Below, piece by piece: positions 1-12,901 of a DNA stretch of 64,000 bases. The notes under the pieces are model-generated. The model was not told where the DNA came from, made no database searches, and was given only the letters and a program-made list of their open reading frames with translations. Source of the stretch: Squalus acanthias (lineage: Eukaryota); contig CM059432.1 of assembly GCA_030390025.1 (NCBI GenBank), positions 16,060,001-16,124,000 of the forward strand. Direction: 5' to 3'. A program made the translations under genes and the position numbers. Position 1 is the stretch's first letter; every line of letters begins with the position of its first letter.

Positions 1-245
1 TCTCTTCATACTCTTACCTAACAAAAATCTATCAATCTCAGTTTCTACATTTTCAATTGAGCAAGCCTCAACAGCTTTTTTTTGTGGGGGGAGAGAGTTC
101 CAGATCTCCACTACCCTTTGTGTGAAGAAGTGCTCCTGACATCACCTCTGAACGGCCTGGCTCTAATTTCAAGATTATACCCCCTTGTTCTGGACTCTCC
201 CACCAGAGGAAATAGTTTCTCTCCATCTACCCTATCAAATCCTTT
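1..245 (-). mobile_element. CR1 LINE 3' fragment
   Basis: Reverse complement resembles the RT C-terminal/3' region of the other CR1 copies (e.g. 19327-19880); cut by window edge. Confidence 0.75.
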
Positions 246-1740
246 AGTTCAGGACAGAAACATAAATTAAGAGCCTGTCAATGACATCACTGTTTTATAA
301 TTCACCAATGGGTATGATTATTCCCGATATTCAATGATTTCTCTATCTGAGAGAGACTTTCAGCAGCAATAAAATTGAAACTGAATGTTAAAATAATGCA
401 AAGTCTCTGCTATCCCTTTGCCTTTAAGTTTATTAACTCCAGATCCCCAACCCCACCCGAATCTTCCTTCTGATTTTCTCCCCTTACCCGTTTCTCGGCT
501 GACGGTGGTAATTCTTTGCTGCCATTGATCGTGTCCCACAGCCTGCCCTAGAACACCCTGCTCCCATTGATGGTATCGGGGACCTCCCCCTCCCCTCCCC
601 TCCCCCTCGTGTTCCCCTGCTGTCTGTGGCCTGCCAGAGTCGCAGATTCAAGCAATTCGAATAATTGTGCCCTGTGCCTGATGGTACACGTGCAGAGTGT
701 CAAAGTGCCGCCAGAACTTTTAGTTCTAGTTTTCAATCAAGAAAGTTACTGGATAATGTGATTGGGCTGTTCGAGTGGGGGGGGGGGCTATTGCATAAGA
801 ATCAGGAGTAGAAATCCTGATCATTTTTTCCCTATATTGAAGTCAATTGACGCATCACCAAACACTGGCCTCACCCAGTAAGGACCAGCTATCTCAGCAC
901 AAACTAAAGATGGACCCTAAACGTCCTCTGATCCACGTGGTTCAGTATCCCACCGCTGAATTCAATCTACCCATTGAACTGTGCAGTCAGCGGAGCTGAG
1001 CTTGCTTTCCATTAAAAAAGAATCTAGTTAAATAGCAATAATAAACAGACTTTAAAATCACATAAATCATGTTTCATAAATAAATCTTCCATGAGTGTAA
1101 ATCAGACCAGAACATTCATGCACAGAGGTGCAGAGGCACCTTATTCAGAGGGGAGGGCAGGAACAGAAGGACGGACACGTTAACTTTATCCAGTCACGGG
1201 CTAGTTACAGAGTTGCATTGGGAGCAGCTGGGAGAAGACTATCTAAAAACAAAAGGGAAGAGGAAATAACAAAAGCGGATTGACAAAAACTTCAGGTATC
1301 TACGTAGGGGCTCACAAAGTTACCGTTAAAGCTGTCTTTGAGATGATATTACAAAATTGCTCGTTACATGCCATCTTATTGCATCCGGCATTCACCTTGC
1401 AAACGCAAGCTTTTAATGCCTGCTGCCTCAGTCAATCTAACGACTATGTTCCAATGATCCACTGCTAGCTATAAAACTGTTAAGAAGATGCTGTGCTGAC
1501 CGGCAACTGTTTCATGGAAAAGAGAGTCACATCATGCCCCAAGACGCCCATCAGTCAGATTCTAGTGCTTTTCGCTTCCTCACTCAATCCATTACTGGGC
1601 CAAAGAGTGCATTACAGTCCACATCATATAAAAAAGGAAAATACTCAGACAGAGACCTGCTAATTAAACAGGTCAGCCTAACCTCCCGATTGTTGTACTG
1701 TAGGAGTTGTATTACTGTCTAATAGTCTTGTAGTTATAAA

Positions 1741-2198
1741 AGAAAGACTTGCATTTACACAGCACCTTTCACAACCTCAGGACGTCCCAAAGCGCTTTAC
1801 GGCCAACGAAGTACTTTTGGAGTGTAGTCACTGTTGTAATGTAGGAAACGCGGAGCCAATTTGCACACAGCAAGATCCCACAAACAGCAATATGTTAATG
1901 ACCGTATAATTTGTTTTTCGGTGATGTTGGTTGAGGGATAATTATTGGCCAGGACACCGGGCAGAGCAGCCCTGCTCTTCTTTGAAATGGTGCCACGGGA
2001 TCTTTTACGTCCACCATAGAAGGTAAACGGGGCCTCGGTTTAACATCTCATCCGAAAGACGGCACCTCCGAAAGTGCAGCACTCCCTCAGCACTGCACTG
2101 GAGTGTCAGCCTAGATTTTGCGCTCTAGTCTCTGGACTCTGAAGCCACAACCTTCTGACTCAGAGGCGAGTGTGCGGCCCACTGAGCCACGGCTGACA
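1741..2198 (-). mobile_element. tRNA-derived Deu-domain SINE (SacSINE1/AmnSINE-like), near full length
   Basis: Minus strand: A-box TGGCTCAGTGG head, Deu-like core (TCTTTCGGATGAGATGTTAAACCGAGG...), tail ...AAATGCAAGTCTTTTCT; homologous to 23425-23828 and 49695-50157. Confidence 0.85.
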
Positions 2199-2335
2199 AT
2201 CTAGTAGAAATATCACGCTAATATTTTTGTTTAGCTCCTCAAAATAACTTTCTTTTCACATCAATATTTATCACACTCTTTTTAAATTATTGTCTAGTTT
2301 GCAAATCGTGGGAAAATTTAATGCATAAATCCATT

Positions 2336-2993
2336 GGAGGAAAAATTCAGGTATAGACTGTTTTGGGGCGCTAACATCGCCGGGGCGCTAATTAGCACCG
2401 GCGACCACGAAATTGAGTTTTAGCACCCCAAGAGGGAGGTGGATGCCTAGCGCTCCACTTCCTTCTTAGGGCGCTAACGTCAGAGGGGCGGAGACTTCAG
2501 CAGCACTGCACACTGGGCCGTGCAGCGCTGTCGCGTTCAAAGGCTCCTTCCCTTCCTTAAAGGGAACGGCCATCGCTGCTGGCTCTGCAATTTAAAAATT
2601 ACCTACCTGATCGATCGCGGACAGGAACCCGCAATAAAAATTGGAATAAGAAAGGTAAGTTTTTTTTTTACTTACCTCGGCCACCTCTCCTTTAATCATC
2701 GCCCCCGAAGCGGCCGGCCGCCCGCCCGATGCACGCCTCCTGCAGCTGTCGGTGTTTTCGACCGGCGCTGCTGCAGGGGGCGGAAGTCAATTTCGGGTCC
2801 GGGGTGCTACCGGGGCGATGCACACGGCGATGAGGTCACGATCTCGGGGCGAAGGAGATCAGGGCGTAGTGCCGCCACAAAACTCCCGCCGAATATGACG
2901 GGAGTCGATGTCGGCGCCGCGCCCGGTCGCAATGCCATTTGCGCCCCCCCAGGGACGCGAACAGGAGGCGCAAAGGCACCCAATTTCACCCCC
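2336..2993. mobile_element. PIF/Harbinger-type MITE (GCGCTAA-rich family)
   Basis: TIRs GGAGGAAAAATTC / GGGGGTGAAATTG(rc); ATT on both flanks (2333-2335, 2994-2996); CpG-rich interior. Confidence 0.75.
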
Positions 2994-3169
2994 ATTGTTT
3001 CAAGCCAGTGCTCCAATACCCTGCACCACTGCATGATACGACATGTTCCCCCGTAACCTAGAGTGTTCAATCTGCGCTGAGCAATTAGGGGAGAGTTGGC
3101 AATCAGAAGCTGGACAAATACCTTCAGGGGAGGGGGTGAATCAGAGTCAAGTCTCCCTGGAAACCTCAT

Positions 3170-3917
3170 GGGGGAAAAATTCAGCTGCTTGCGCCTCCCG
3201 TTAGCGCCTTAAGAGGGCGCTAATGGGGCGTAAAGCAGCTAACGCCCGGGCGCAGCGCCGCCCACGCCTCCCGAAAAATTTAGTGGGAGGTTAGCGGCGG
3301 CGGCAGCCGGTAGCGCCCTGTGGCGCTGCGCCGCCGGCGATGACGTCATCGCCGTGCGCAGCACCCCGGCCGTGATCTTCAGTCGCGCCCCCTGATTTAC
3401 CGCCAGACGCTATGTCCGACGGGTTCAGGGAGGCGTATGTGCGGCCGGGGCGGCGATATTTAAAGCGGAGGTGGCAGGCGGCCATTTTTGTTGCTGGCCG
3501 CCTGCCAGCACCTGCCCCCGGCCCCCGTGAAGCCCCCCCACCGTGAAGTGCCGGCTGCGCTCCATGAGCCCGGCACTTCTCGAGTGCCGGGCTCTTTTGC
3601 CGGCACTCCCGATCCCTGGGGGCCCAGCTGGGCCCCGGTTCGCGCTGCGCAGGGTCCCTCCCCTTTAAGAAGGGGAGGAAGGCCTGCAATACCACGGCGC
3701 GACATGCCGCAGCGCGTGGCGCTGCGGCACGTAGCGCCAGGATATTCACTCGCAGCGCCCCAAGAGGGATGCGGGCTGCTTCCAGTTGCGCCCCGCTTCC
3801 CTCTTGGGGCGCAACCACTGAAGTTCCGGCGCGGGGCCGCTAATTTTTTCGGGGCGCTAAAAGTTGCGCCCCGGCGAGGTTAGCGCCCCAAATGGGGCGC
3901 GACTCAATTTTTACCCC
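3170..3917. mobile_element. PIF/Harbinger-type MITE (GCGCTAA-rich family), opposite orientation to 2336-2993
   Basis: TIRs GGGGGAAAAATTCAG / GGGGTAAAAATTGAG(rc); TSD CAT (3167-3169, 3918-3920). Confidence 0.85.
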
Positions 3918-4002
3918 CATGTCTCCAGGACCCAGCTATATGGAGGAATTGCTGGAGACCCAAGAGTAGGTCATACCTGTCAACTCTCTTAGATAGAGGA
4001 TA

Positions 4003-5744
4003 GGATTCCTCTGTCACTAAGACTGAGACCATCCTTCCAGCTGCCTCTGCCCACTAGCCTACTAGCCTACCAGGCCAAACTTCCTCTAAGGTTCCCCCCT
4101 GCCCAGCCCTGAACACGCATCTTTCTCTAGGTTCTCTCCTATCTTCCCTCATGCGCACTCCGAGCTCATCCTGTCCATGAGACCCACTCCCTGCTCCCTC
4201 GACCCTATTCCCACTAAACTGCTGACCACCCAACTTCCCTTCCTGGCCCCCGATGTTAGCTGACATTGCTAACGGTTCTCTCTCCTCAGGTACTGTCCCC
4301 CTCTCCTTCAAATCTGCCGTCATCACCCCTCTCCTCAAAACCCAAACTACTGCCCCATCTCCAACCTCCCTTTCCTCTCCAAAGTCTTTGAATGTGTTGT
4401 CGCCTCTCAAATCCGTGCCCATCTTTCCCAGAACTCCATGTTTGAATCTGTTCGATCAGGTTTCTGCCCCTTCCACAGTACCGAAACAGCATCCTTTGTG
4501 ACTGTGACAAAGGTAAACTATCCCACCTCGTCCTTCTCGACCGGTCTGCAGCCTTTGAACGGTTGACCACTCCATCCTTCTCCAACGCCTCTCCACCGTC
4601 GTCCAGCTGGGTGGGACTTCACTCGCCTGGTTCCATTCTTATCTATCTAGTCGTAGCCAGAGAATCACCTGCAACGGCTTCTCTTCCCGCTCTTGCACCG
4701 TTACCTCTGGTGTCCCTCAAGATCTATCCTTGGCCCCCTCCTATTTCTCATCTACATGCTGCCCCTTGGCGATAACATAGTCAGTTTCTACATGTACGCT
4801 GACGACACCCAGCTCCACCTCACCACCACTTCTCTCGACCCCTCCACTGTATCTAAATTGTCAGGCTGCTTGTCGACATCCAGTACAGGATGAACAGATA
4901 TTTCCTCCAACTAAACATTGGGAAGACCGAAGCCAATCTTCAGTCCCCGCTACAAACTCCGCTCCCTAGCCACCGACTCCATCCCTCTCCCTGGCAGCTG
5001 TCGGAGGCTGAACCAAACTGGTCGCAACCTTGGTGTCATATTTGACCCCGAGATAAGCTTCCGACCACATATCCGCACCATCACTAAGATCGCCTATTTC
5101 CACCTCCGTAACATCGCCCAACTCCACCCCTGCCTCAGCTCATCTGCTACTGAAAACCTCATCCATGCCTTTGTTACCTCTAGACTTGACTATTCCAATG
5201 CTCTGCTGGCTGGTCTCCCATCTTCCACCCTCCATAAACTCTGCTGCCCGTATCCTAACTCGCACCAAGTCCCATTCACCCATCACCCCTGTGCTCGCTG
5301 ACCTACATTGGTTCCCGGTTGAGCAACGCCTTGATTTTAAAATTCTCATCCTTGTTTCCAAATCCCCACAAGGCCTCGCCCCTCCCTATCTCTGTAACCT
5401 CCTCCAGCCCCCACCCCCCCACCGAGATATCTGCGCTCCTCTAATTCTAGCCTCTTGCGCTGTGCTCCTCTAATTCTGGCCTCTTGAGCATCTCCGATTT
5501 CAATCGCTCCACCATTGGCGGCCGTGCCTTCAGCTGCCGAGGCCCTAAGCGCTGGAATTTCCTCCCTAAACCTCTCCGCCTCTCTACCTCTATTTCCTCC
5601 TTTAAGACGCTCCTTAAAATCTACCTCTTTTCTGCCCCAATATCTCATGTGGCTCGGTGTCAAATTTTATTTGATAACGCTCCTGTGAAGCACCTTGGGA
5701 TGTTTTACTACGTTAAAGGTGCTATATAAATGCAAGTTGTTGTT
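4003..5744 (+). mobile_element. L2-clade LINE, 5'-truncated, frameshifted RT
   Basis: ORF pieces with [32 protein letters not shown]; tail AAAGGTGCTATATAAATGCAAG(TTG)n. Confidence 0.92.
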
Positions 5745-5899
5745 GGATGTGGCATGAAGAGGGCTGAGAAAAAGGGCAAAAATCAATATCACACTAACCT
5801 AATAGCATGCATATTATCCCATTATTCCTAACCACTGGCTTTGGGAACGACGGATGATTAAAACACAGACGCAGAGTTTACAACATCAAGACAAATGTG

Positions 5900-6290
5900 C
5901 ATGAAAGAGGCCAGCTTGCCCAAATTAGCTCATCCATTTAAAAGTTAGTCACCACATCATGGCATTCAACTAGATCCTGAATGAATGAGGGTTTTTTTTT
6001 TGCCTCCACTACCCAACGCAGAAGACTATTCAAACAGTTCGATCACTCTGTGTGTGAACAAGTTCTTCCTGACGTCAGTTCTGAATTAACATTTTATCAA
6101 TTTTAGTCCACGTCCTATAGTCCCACAGTCATGGCTTACCTTGAAGTAGTGTTCCACCTTTTCTATTTTATATACCTCCATAAACGTCCTCTCACAGCCT
6201 CCTCCTTTCAAAGTCGAAAAACCCAGTTTCTTCAGGTTTTTCTCATTACTCAGTCTCGAGCTCAATCCAGAGCAAGCCAATAGAATCTCG
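5900..6290 (-). mobile_element. Old degenerate CR1 3' fragment
   Basis: ORF 6086-6280(-) LKKLGFSTL...EVYKI...TIGRGLKL resembles the CR1 ORF2 C-terminus. Confidence 0.65.
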
Positions 6291-6944
6291 TCAGTCGCAA
6301 GCCAATAGCTTGGCTCTGGGCCATCCGCTCATTAACATAAACTAGGGGAAGAGCTTAAGAGAATAAGAAGTGCTCACAGAGCCCGAGAGGCTGCCCCAGA
6401 AATGCAATACTGGAAGCTCCCAAACGAAACCCGTGTGCAGCACAAAGAGAAAACGATCTCACTCGACTCTTTGCCAGTAAATTAAAAGGCAATGTGTCAG
6501 CATGCAATGTGAAACCCTAACTGATTCAAAGTCAGCAGCAAACCTCCAACAGACTGACGATCGTCAACACAGTAACAATCTGCACGAGGGGAAAATTCTC
6601 TCTCATCAGTCAAGATTGCTGGCAAAAATCTGCTGGTGTTCGCAGCCAGCTCGGAGTCACTCAATTTTCTCTTAGTGCTGGCCTCCGTTGACAAATGTTA
6701 TTCAGCTTATAGATACAACACCGCAGAGAGGCATTTAAAAAAACCCTCAGTGAAACAGTTAAGCGTGCACAGTGCACCACGTGGGCACGTTCAAGCCCTG
6801 TCAAAAAAATTCCATGCAGTTTCCTTAAAAAAACACTAGCTTCAATGTCTGGACTAAAGTAAGCTTCCATATTTTAAAGTATGGAAGTAGATAACATTTC
6901 CAGATCTTCCAACATTCCCAATACTCACACTCATTACATTTTGT

Positions 6945-7275
6945 TGTAGTGGGAAATGGGTGGTTCTGAAGGTTTAACTCTGCTTCCACCTCTAAATTCA
7001 AATCCAATCCAGACTGAACAGATGAAAGTCTCCTCTCTCTTGAGGCGACAAGCATTGACAAGCACGCTATCACCTTCAAATTTCTCTCCAAGACATCCTG
7101 ACTTGGATATATATCGTTGCTGGATCAAAATCCTGGAATTCCCTCCTTCGCACTATCACCACAATGACTGCAGCAGTTCAAAAAGAAGACCCACCTCCAC
7201 CTTTGCAAGGCAGCCAGCGATGGGCAAGAAGTGAAGCTGTGCCAACCTTGTCCAGGTCCCAAGAACAAATAAAAA
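6945..7275 (+). mobile_element. Degenerate 3' end of the CR1/Jockey-group LINE also at 9808 and 11178
   Basis: Similarity to CAAAATCCTGGAACTCCC...GACTGCAGCAGTTCAAG...GATGGGCAA tail followed by A-rich end. Confidence 0.7.
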
Positions 7276-7699
7276 ATGGCAAAATGACCATGGCAGTCTT
7301 AGTTCAGTTGTTAGTGGGCACAAGTCGACAGAATAAAACTGTTCACACTTCAGCGCTAATTGGCCGCGAAATTGGTTGACAGCGCGCTCGTTTTACGGGC
7401 GTACAACAGGTGCCAATGTGTCCAATATGGCTGGCGGCGTGTACCTGCACATTTCGCGCTGGATGCGCGCAGCCCACCATACTGATAAAGGCAGGAAAGA
7501 GACGTCCAGCGTCGGAGCCTGAGACAGATGTTAGACCCGTTATTGGCGTATGATCTTGGGGCCCCCATCATACTGGTTCAAGGTAGTTACGAGTAGCCAG
7601 AGTATTCAGCTCAAATCTTTTGTGCAACCTCGATGACAACCAAATTACAAACTGCTAGAAAACTGGCTATTACAACAGAGGTATTAATTAATGCCCCTT

Positions 7700-8442
7700 G
7701 AGAGAGATTACAAAATGCTACAGTTCAGAGGGACCTGGGGGTCCTTGTGCATGAAACACAAAAAAGTTAGCATGCAGGTACAGCAAGTAATCAAAAAGGC
7801 AAATGGAATGTTGGCCTTTATTTCAAAGGGGGTTGGAGTATAAAAGCAGGGAAGTCCTGCTACAACTGTACAGGGTATTGGTGAGACCACACCTTGAGTA
7901 CTGCGTACAGTTTTGGTCTCCTTATTTAAGGAAGGATATACTTGCATTGGAGGCAGTTCAGAGACGATTCACTAGGTTGATTCCTGAGATGAGGGGGTTG
8001 ACTTATGAAGAAAGGTTGAGCAGGCTGGGCCTATACTCATTGGAATTTAGAAGAATGAGAGGTGATCTTATTGAAACATAAGATACTGAGGGGGCTCGAC
8101 AAGGTAGATGCAGAGAGGATGTTTCCCCTCGTGGGGAAATCTAGAACTCGGGGGCACAGTTTTAGAATAAAGGGTCGCCCTTTTAGAACGGAGATGAGGA
8201 GGAATTTCTTCTCTCAGAGGGTCGTAAATCTGTGGAATTCTCTGCCCCAGAGAGCCGTGGAGGCTGGGTCATTAAATACATTTAAGGTATAGACAGATTT
8301 TTGTAAGATAGGGAGTGAAGGGTTATGGGGAGCGGGCAGGGAAGTGGCTTTGAGCCCAAGATCAGCCATGATCTTATTGAATGGCGGAGCAGGCTCAAGG
8401 GGCCAAGTGGCCTATTCCTGCTCCTATTTCTTATGTTCTCAT
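7700..8442 (+). mobile_element. CR1 LINE 3' fragment
   Basis: [19 protein letters not shown]...[18 protein letters not shown]; tail CCTATTCCTGCTCCTATTTCTTATGTTC. Confidence 0.95.
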
Positions 8443-9702
8443 GAACTCCAACTGGGATGTGTGCAGCCAGCATACGAAATGTCGGTGGGAGATTAGATGA
8501 TGTGCCTCGTGGTCACTGTGGTCTGCTGGAACCTTCGAGGGTTAGACAGGAATTGCTCAAGATTTTTTTCTCCTGAATTACCTGCGAGTTACATAGAATT
8601 ACTAGAATCTACAGCACAGAAGCAGGCTATTCGGCCCAACTGGTCCATGCTGGCCTTTATGCTCCACAGAAGCCTCTTGTACCCCTCTTCATCTAGCCCT
8701 ATTTAAATGTGGGGTTTTATTTGCCTCTACCATGAGATTATGTGGATTTTTTTGGTGGGAGGGTTTGTGGGGGGGGGGGGGGATCATGATGCTCAATCGC
8801 TGCATGACTGTATGGGACAGGCTTGATGGAGCAGATGGTCTGTCCCCCCTCCCTTCATTCTGGAAACACGCAAAGTCTGGAACGTGAGATTCTAAAGTTC
8901 TAAGAGCTACGAACGTCCGTTGACAACAAGCTTAACACTAGCCCAGCAGAGTTAGGTTAGGAAAGAAATCATGTCATGTAATTAAAACTATCCAGGGGTC
9001 TATCTTATTCGCAGGATTTCCTCTGCCGCTGTAGTCAAGATCTATCACGGACTGACATAACACACACACACCCAAAAGCTTTTTAATCTATGCTTTGCGC
9101 GCATAAACAATCTTGCACTTGGAGTGTTGCATGAATTCTTCCAGGAAGCCTGGTAGGAACTCCACTGGCACTGATCCTCCCATTAACAGAGATTTTTCTC
9201 TTGCCCGACATGAAAAAGTCAAAAGGGATTAGGACTGCGCTGTGCAATATTAGTAACGGAGATGTTGATGCAATCCCTTTCCGTGTTAAAATGGCTGTGC
9301 GTGTTGCAGCCCGTGGGACAAGACTGGTCCTCGTGCCCTGGTAATCTGGCCCTCAAATCCCAGGCAACTCAGTTCTACTTGTGCTATCTGTCTTACTTTC
9401 TGGTTTGTCGTGTTTGAATTTCAGGGGCCCAAAGGTTTTGAAATGGTTGTTGCCTCAGTGGCAGGCAACTCCAAATGGCCTCCATGCACATTGCAGCACA
9501 TTTAGCAGGCGGTGTTCAGAAATGGAGGTTGGGAGCTGAACGCCAGTCCTCGCGTTACTCTTAACTTTTCTTCCACATTTTGAAAGCTCTGCTGTGTTGC
9601 TGGGCTCCCATTCCAAATGGGATTCTGACCACTTATTTTAAGTTAAAACTCAATGCACACAGGTGGGTGCAAAACTATCTGTGGGTCAACAAAGGATCTA
9701 AG

Positions 9703-9808
9703 ACAAACTAAAACAAGGAGTTAACGGAAACGAAAACAAGGAGTTAACAACCTAATTCAAGGAGTTAAAGGAAACTAAAATAAGAAGTTGACACAAACTA
9801 CAATAAGG
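9703..9808. repeat. ~21-23 bp minisatellite (consensus ACAAACTAAAACAAGGAGTTA), interrupted by a LINE
   Basis: About 5 units 9703-9808; one more unit GAGTTAACACAAACTAAAAC resumes at ~10529 after the LINE tail. Confidence 0.75.
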
Positions 9809-10529
9809 CAAGTAACATTTGCGCCACACAAGTGCCAGGCAATGACCATCTCCAACAAGCGCGAATCTAACCACCACCCCTTGACATTCAATGGCATAAC
9901 CATCGCCGAATCCCCCACTATCAACATCCTGGGGGTCACCATTGACCAGAATCTTAATGTGGCTACAAGAGCAGGTCAGAGGCTGGGTATTCTGCGGCGA
10001 GTGTCTCACCTCCTGACTCCCCAAAGCCTTTCCACCATCTACAAGGCACAAGTCAGGAGTGTGATGGAATACTCTCCACTTGCCTGGATGAGTTGCTTGA
10101 TTAGCACCCCATCCACCACCTTAAATATTCACTCCCTCCACCACCGGCGTACCATGGCTGCAGTGTGTACCATCTACAAGACACACTGCAGCAACTCGCC
10201 AAGGCTTCTTCGGCAGCACCTCCCAAACCCGCGACCTCTACCACCTAGAAGGACAAGGGCAGCAGACGCATGTGAACACCACCACCTCCAAGTTCCCCTC
10301 CAAGTCACACACCATCCTGACTTGGAAATGTATCGCCGATCCTTCATCGTCGCTGGGTCAAAATCCTGGAACTCCCTCCCTAACAGCACTGTGGGAGTAT
10401 CTTCACCACACGGACTGCAGCAGTTCAAGAAGGCGGCTCACCACCACCTTCTCAAAGGCAACTAGGGATGGGCAATAAATGCTGGCCTTGCCAGCGACGC
10501 CCACATCCCAGGAATGAATTAAAAAAAAG
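9808..10529 (+). mobile_element. Non-LTR retrotransposon (CR1/Jockey group, distinct family), 3' fragment
   Basis: ORF 9788-10465: ILGVTIDQ, IYKAQVRSVMEYSPLAW (post-RT region); tail GGGATGGGCAATAAATGCTGGCCTTGCCAGCGACGCCCACATCCC + poly(A). Confidence 0.88.
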
Positions 10530-11177
10530 AGTTAACACAAACTAAAACCTCTTCATTTGCATCTGGCTATCCAGGCTCTGCATTACCACCATGTGCGAAT
10601 ACACAAAGCGTGTTGTAATCATAGGCACATTCACTCTACATGCGAGCAGTAAGCGATGCAAATGGTGCATTAAAACCACGGATCAATATTTTCCCAATTA
10701 TGCACATGACTCAGCACATGGTGTGAAAAGTACGGAAGCAGTTTCATTGTTTCCATAATTTGTCTCGATGTTTTTGAAGCCAATGTGTAAGCAGGAAATG
10801 TAATGTTGAGGGAGCGTTGCCCATGACATTTTCTCTACAATGGCAGGGGCTTTTTTTTGGGCTGGATGTTTAACAAAAAAAACAATTGGATCTCATTTTT
10901 TATGATAATGAAATTGACTAGAACAAAAAATTAAGACTTCATGCGCAGTTTTTAAAACTGTAGTTTCCTTCCCTTGGACAGATTCTTTCACAGGACTTTA
11001 GAATTCTGGAACTCCTTACCTCCCCAAGTCTCCCATTCCTGCTACAATCTGCATAAAAGGTTTTTCAAACCCAAGCACAGTGTCACCTCCTCACTACTTC
11101 CCGAGTTACCTCATCTTCTCTCCTGCTCTTTCCAACCTGAGCAGTGTCCCTCGCTGTAGGCCTTTGCTCTTCATCTA

Positions 11178-11643
11178 GACTCGACACCATCCAGGACAAA
11201 GCAGCCCGCTTGATTGGCACCCCATCTACCACCTTAAACATTCACTCCCTCCACCACCGGCGTACCGTGGCTGCAGTGTGTACCATCTACAAGATGCACT
11301 GCAGCAACTCGCCAAGGCTTCTTCGGCAGCACCTCCCAAACCAGAGACCTCTTCCACCTAGAAGGACAAGGGCAGCAGGCGCATGGGAACACCACCACCT
11401 CCAAGTTCCCCTCCAAGTCACACACCATCCTGACTTAGAAGTATATCGCCGTTCCTTCATCGTCGCTGGGACAAAATCCTGGAACTACCTACCTAACAGC
11501 ACTGTGGGAGTACCTTCACCACACGGACTGCAGCGGTTCAAGGCGGCGGCTCACCATCACCTTCTCGAGGGCAATTAGGGATGGGCAATAAATGCTGGCC
11601 TTGCCAGCGACGCCCACATCCCATAAAAACAAATAAAAAAAAA
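11178..11643 (+). mobile_element. Second copy of the same LINE family, 3' fragment
   Basis: Near-identical to ~10090-10529 with the same tail. Confidence 0.9.
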
Positions 11644-12901
11644 GACTGCTCATAGGCTTTCAATTTTAAAAACAATTAGTTAATTTCAGTCTCATAACCA
11701 GCCATCGCAAAACCCAACCGGTGACCCTTGACCACTTGGGTCTTGCATAACAACAGTGACTACACTTCAAAAAATACTTCACTGGCTGTAGATCACTTTG
11801 GGACGTCCTGAGGTCGTGAAAGGTGCGATAGAAATACAAGTTTTTTTCTGTTTTGAATCATATCACAGAATCATACAGCACAGAAGGAGTCCATTCGACC
11901 CATCTTGCCTGAAAGAGATACCAATTAGTCCCACTCCCCTGCTCTTTCCCCATAGCTCTACAAATCTTTCCTTTTATTAATGCTGACAGTCAGCGTTTTG
12001 GGGGTCCTGTCAGCATATCATTGCCATTCCTAGTGCTACTAGAAGGGATTCTTGCCATTGTGCAGTAAAGACACAAATTCTTCGGATAACATGAATTCCC
12101 ACCTACAATATACAGCAGCCAGATTAACACTATTAGCATTAGGAGCAGCATTGAAGAGAGAAGGGCCTGGGTCCAGCGCCTTCGCGGCCAGACTCGGGAC
12201 TAAGGAATGCCAATGAAGGGGGAAGGAAGGAGGCAATTGGCCAGCTATGAAGATGGGAGCAATGCAAATGGCATTGATGGGGAGAGAAAGAAAGAACTTG
12301 CATTTATGCAGGGAAAGGAAAAGGGGGCAATGAAGGAGAGGAAAATGGATGGTCATAAAGCAGAATTAAAAGGGATAAATGAAGGGAAGAGTGAAGGGGG
12401 CAACAAAAGAGAGAAGAAAGGTAGAGAGAGGTAATGGAGTGGCACTTTATGGAAGATAAACTAGAATGCTCGCATTAACTCAGAGGGCGTGGGAGTGGAG
12501 AGTGCCAGCATTAACTGATAATGGGAGAACAATGCCAGCTTGAATTGAGAGGGGGAGAGAGCAAAGAGTGTCAGAACTGGGAGGGTTGGAGGAAAATACA
12601 GTCACCAGAAGAAAATCGCTGTAAACCTGGAGAAAAAGCTGTTTGTGGCATTTCTCTGGGGTTTCCAGTGAAGTTATGTCAGAAGATCAGGGGCCTTCGA
12701 TGGAAATTCTACCACAATATCTCTGTGACTCTTTCCGATCTCTCTATGGTCTAGTGGTAGAAGTATTGGGCCTTCCTGATGATCTGACAGGATTCTGCTT
12801 ATGCTGTTTTCAGTGTCATCAGAGGACTGTTTCATCCGATGCTCTAGTTGAGTAACCAATTGGTCTAGTATTGATGATCGCGGAGATTAAACACATTTAC
12901 A

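Noticed and set aside
2520..3883. Long GC-rich ORFs and CpG-island-like region suggesting a gene promoter or first exon
   Set aside because: Fall within two TIR/TSD-bounded MITEs; ORFs are a by-product of high GC
6497..6694. Protein-like ORF MSTEASTKRKLSDSEL...
   Set aside because: Starts at TTG, no family recognised, no convincing splice sites
9703..9808. CRISPR-like short repeats
   Set aside because: Units are head-to-tail without unique spacers, context is eukaryotic, no cas genes
12790..12840. GAAACAGTC...CTGATGA...GAAA on the minus strand as another hammerhead
   Set aside because: Only 4 nt between CUGAUGA and GAAA and no stem I or II can form
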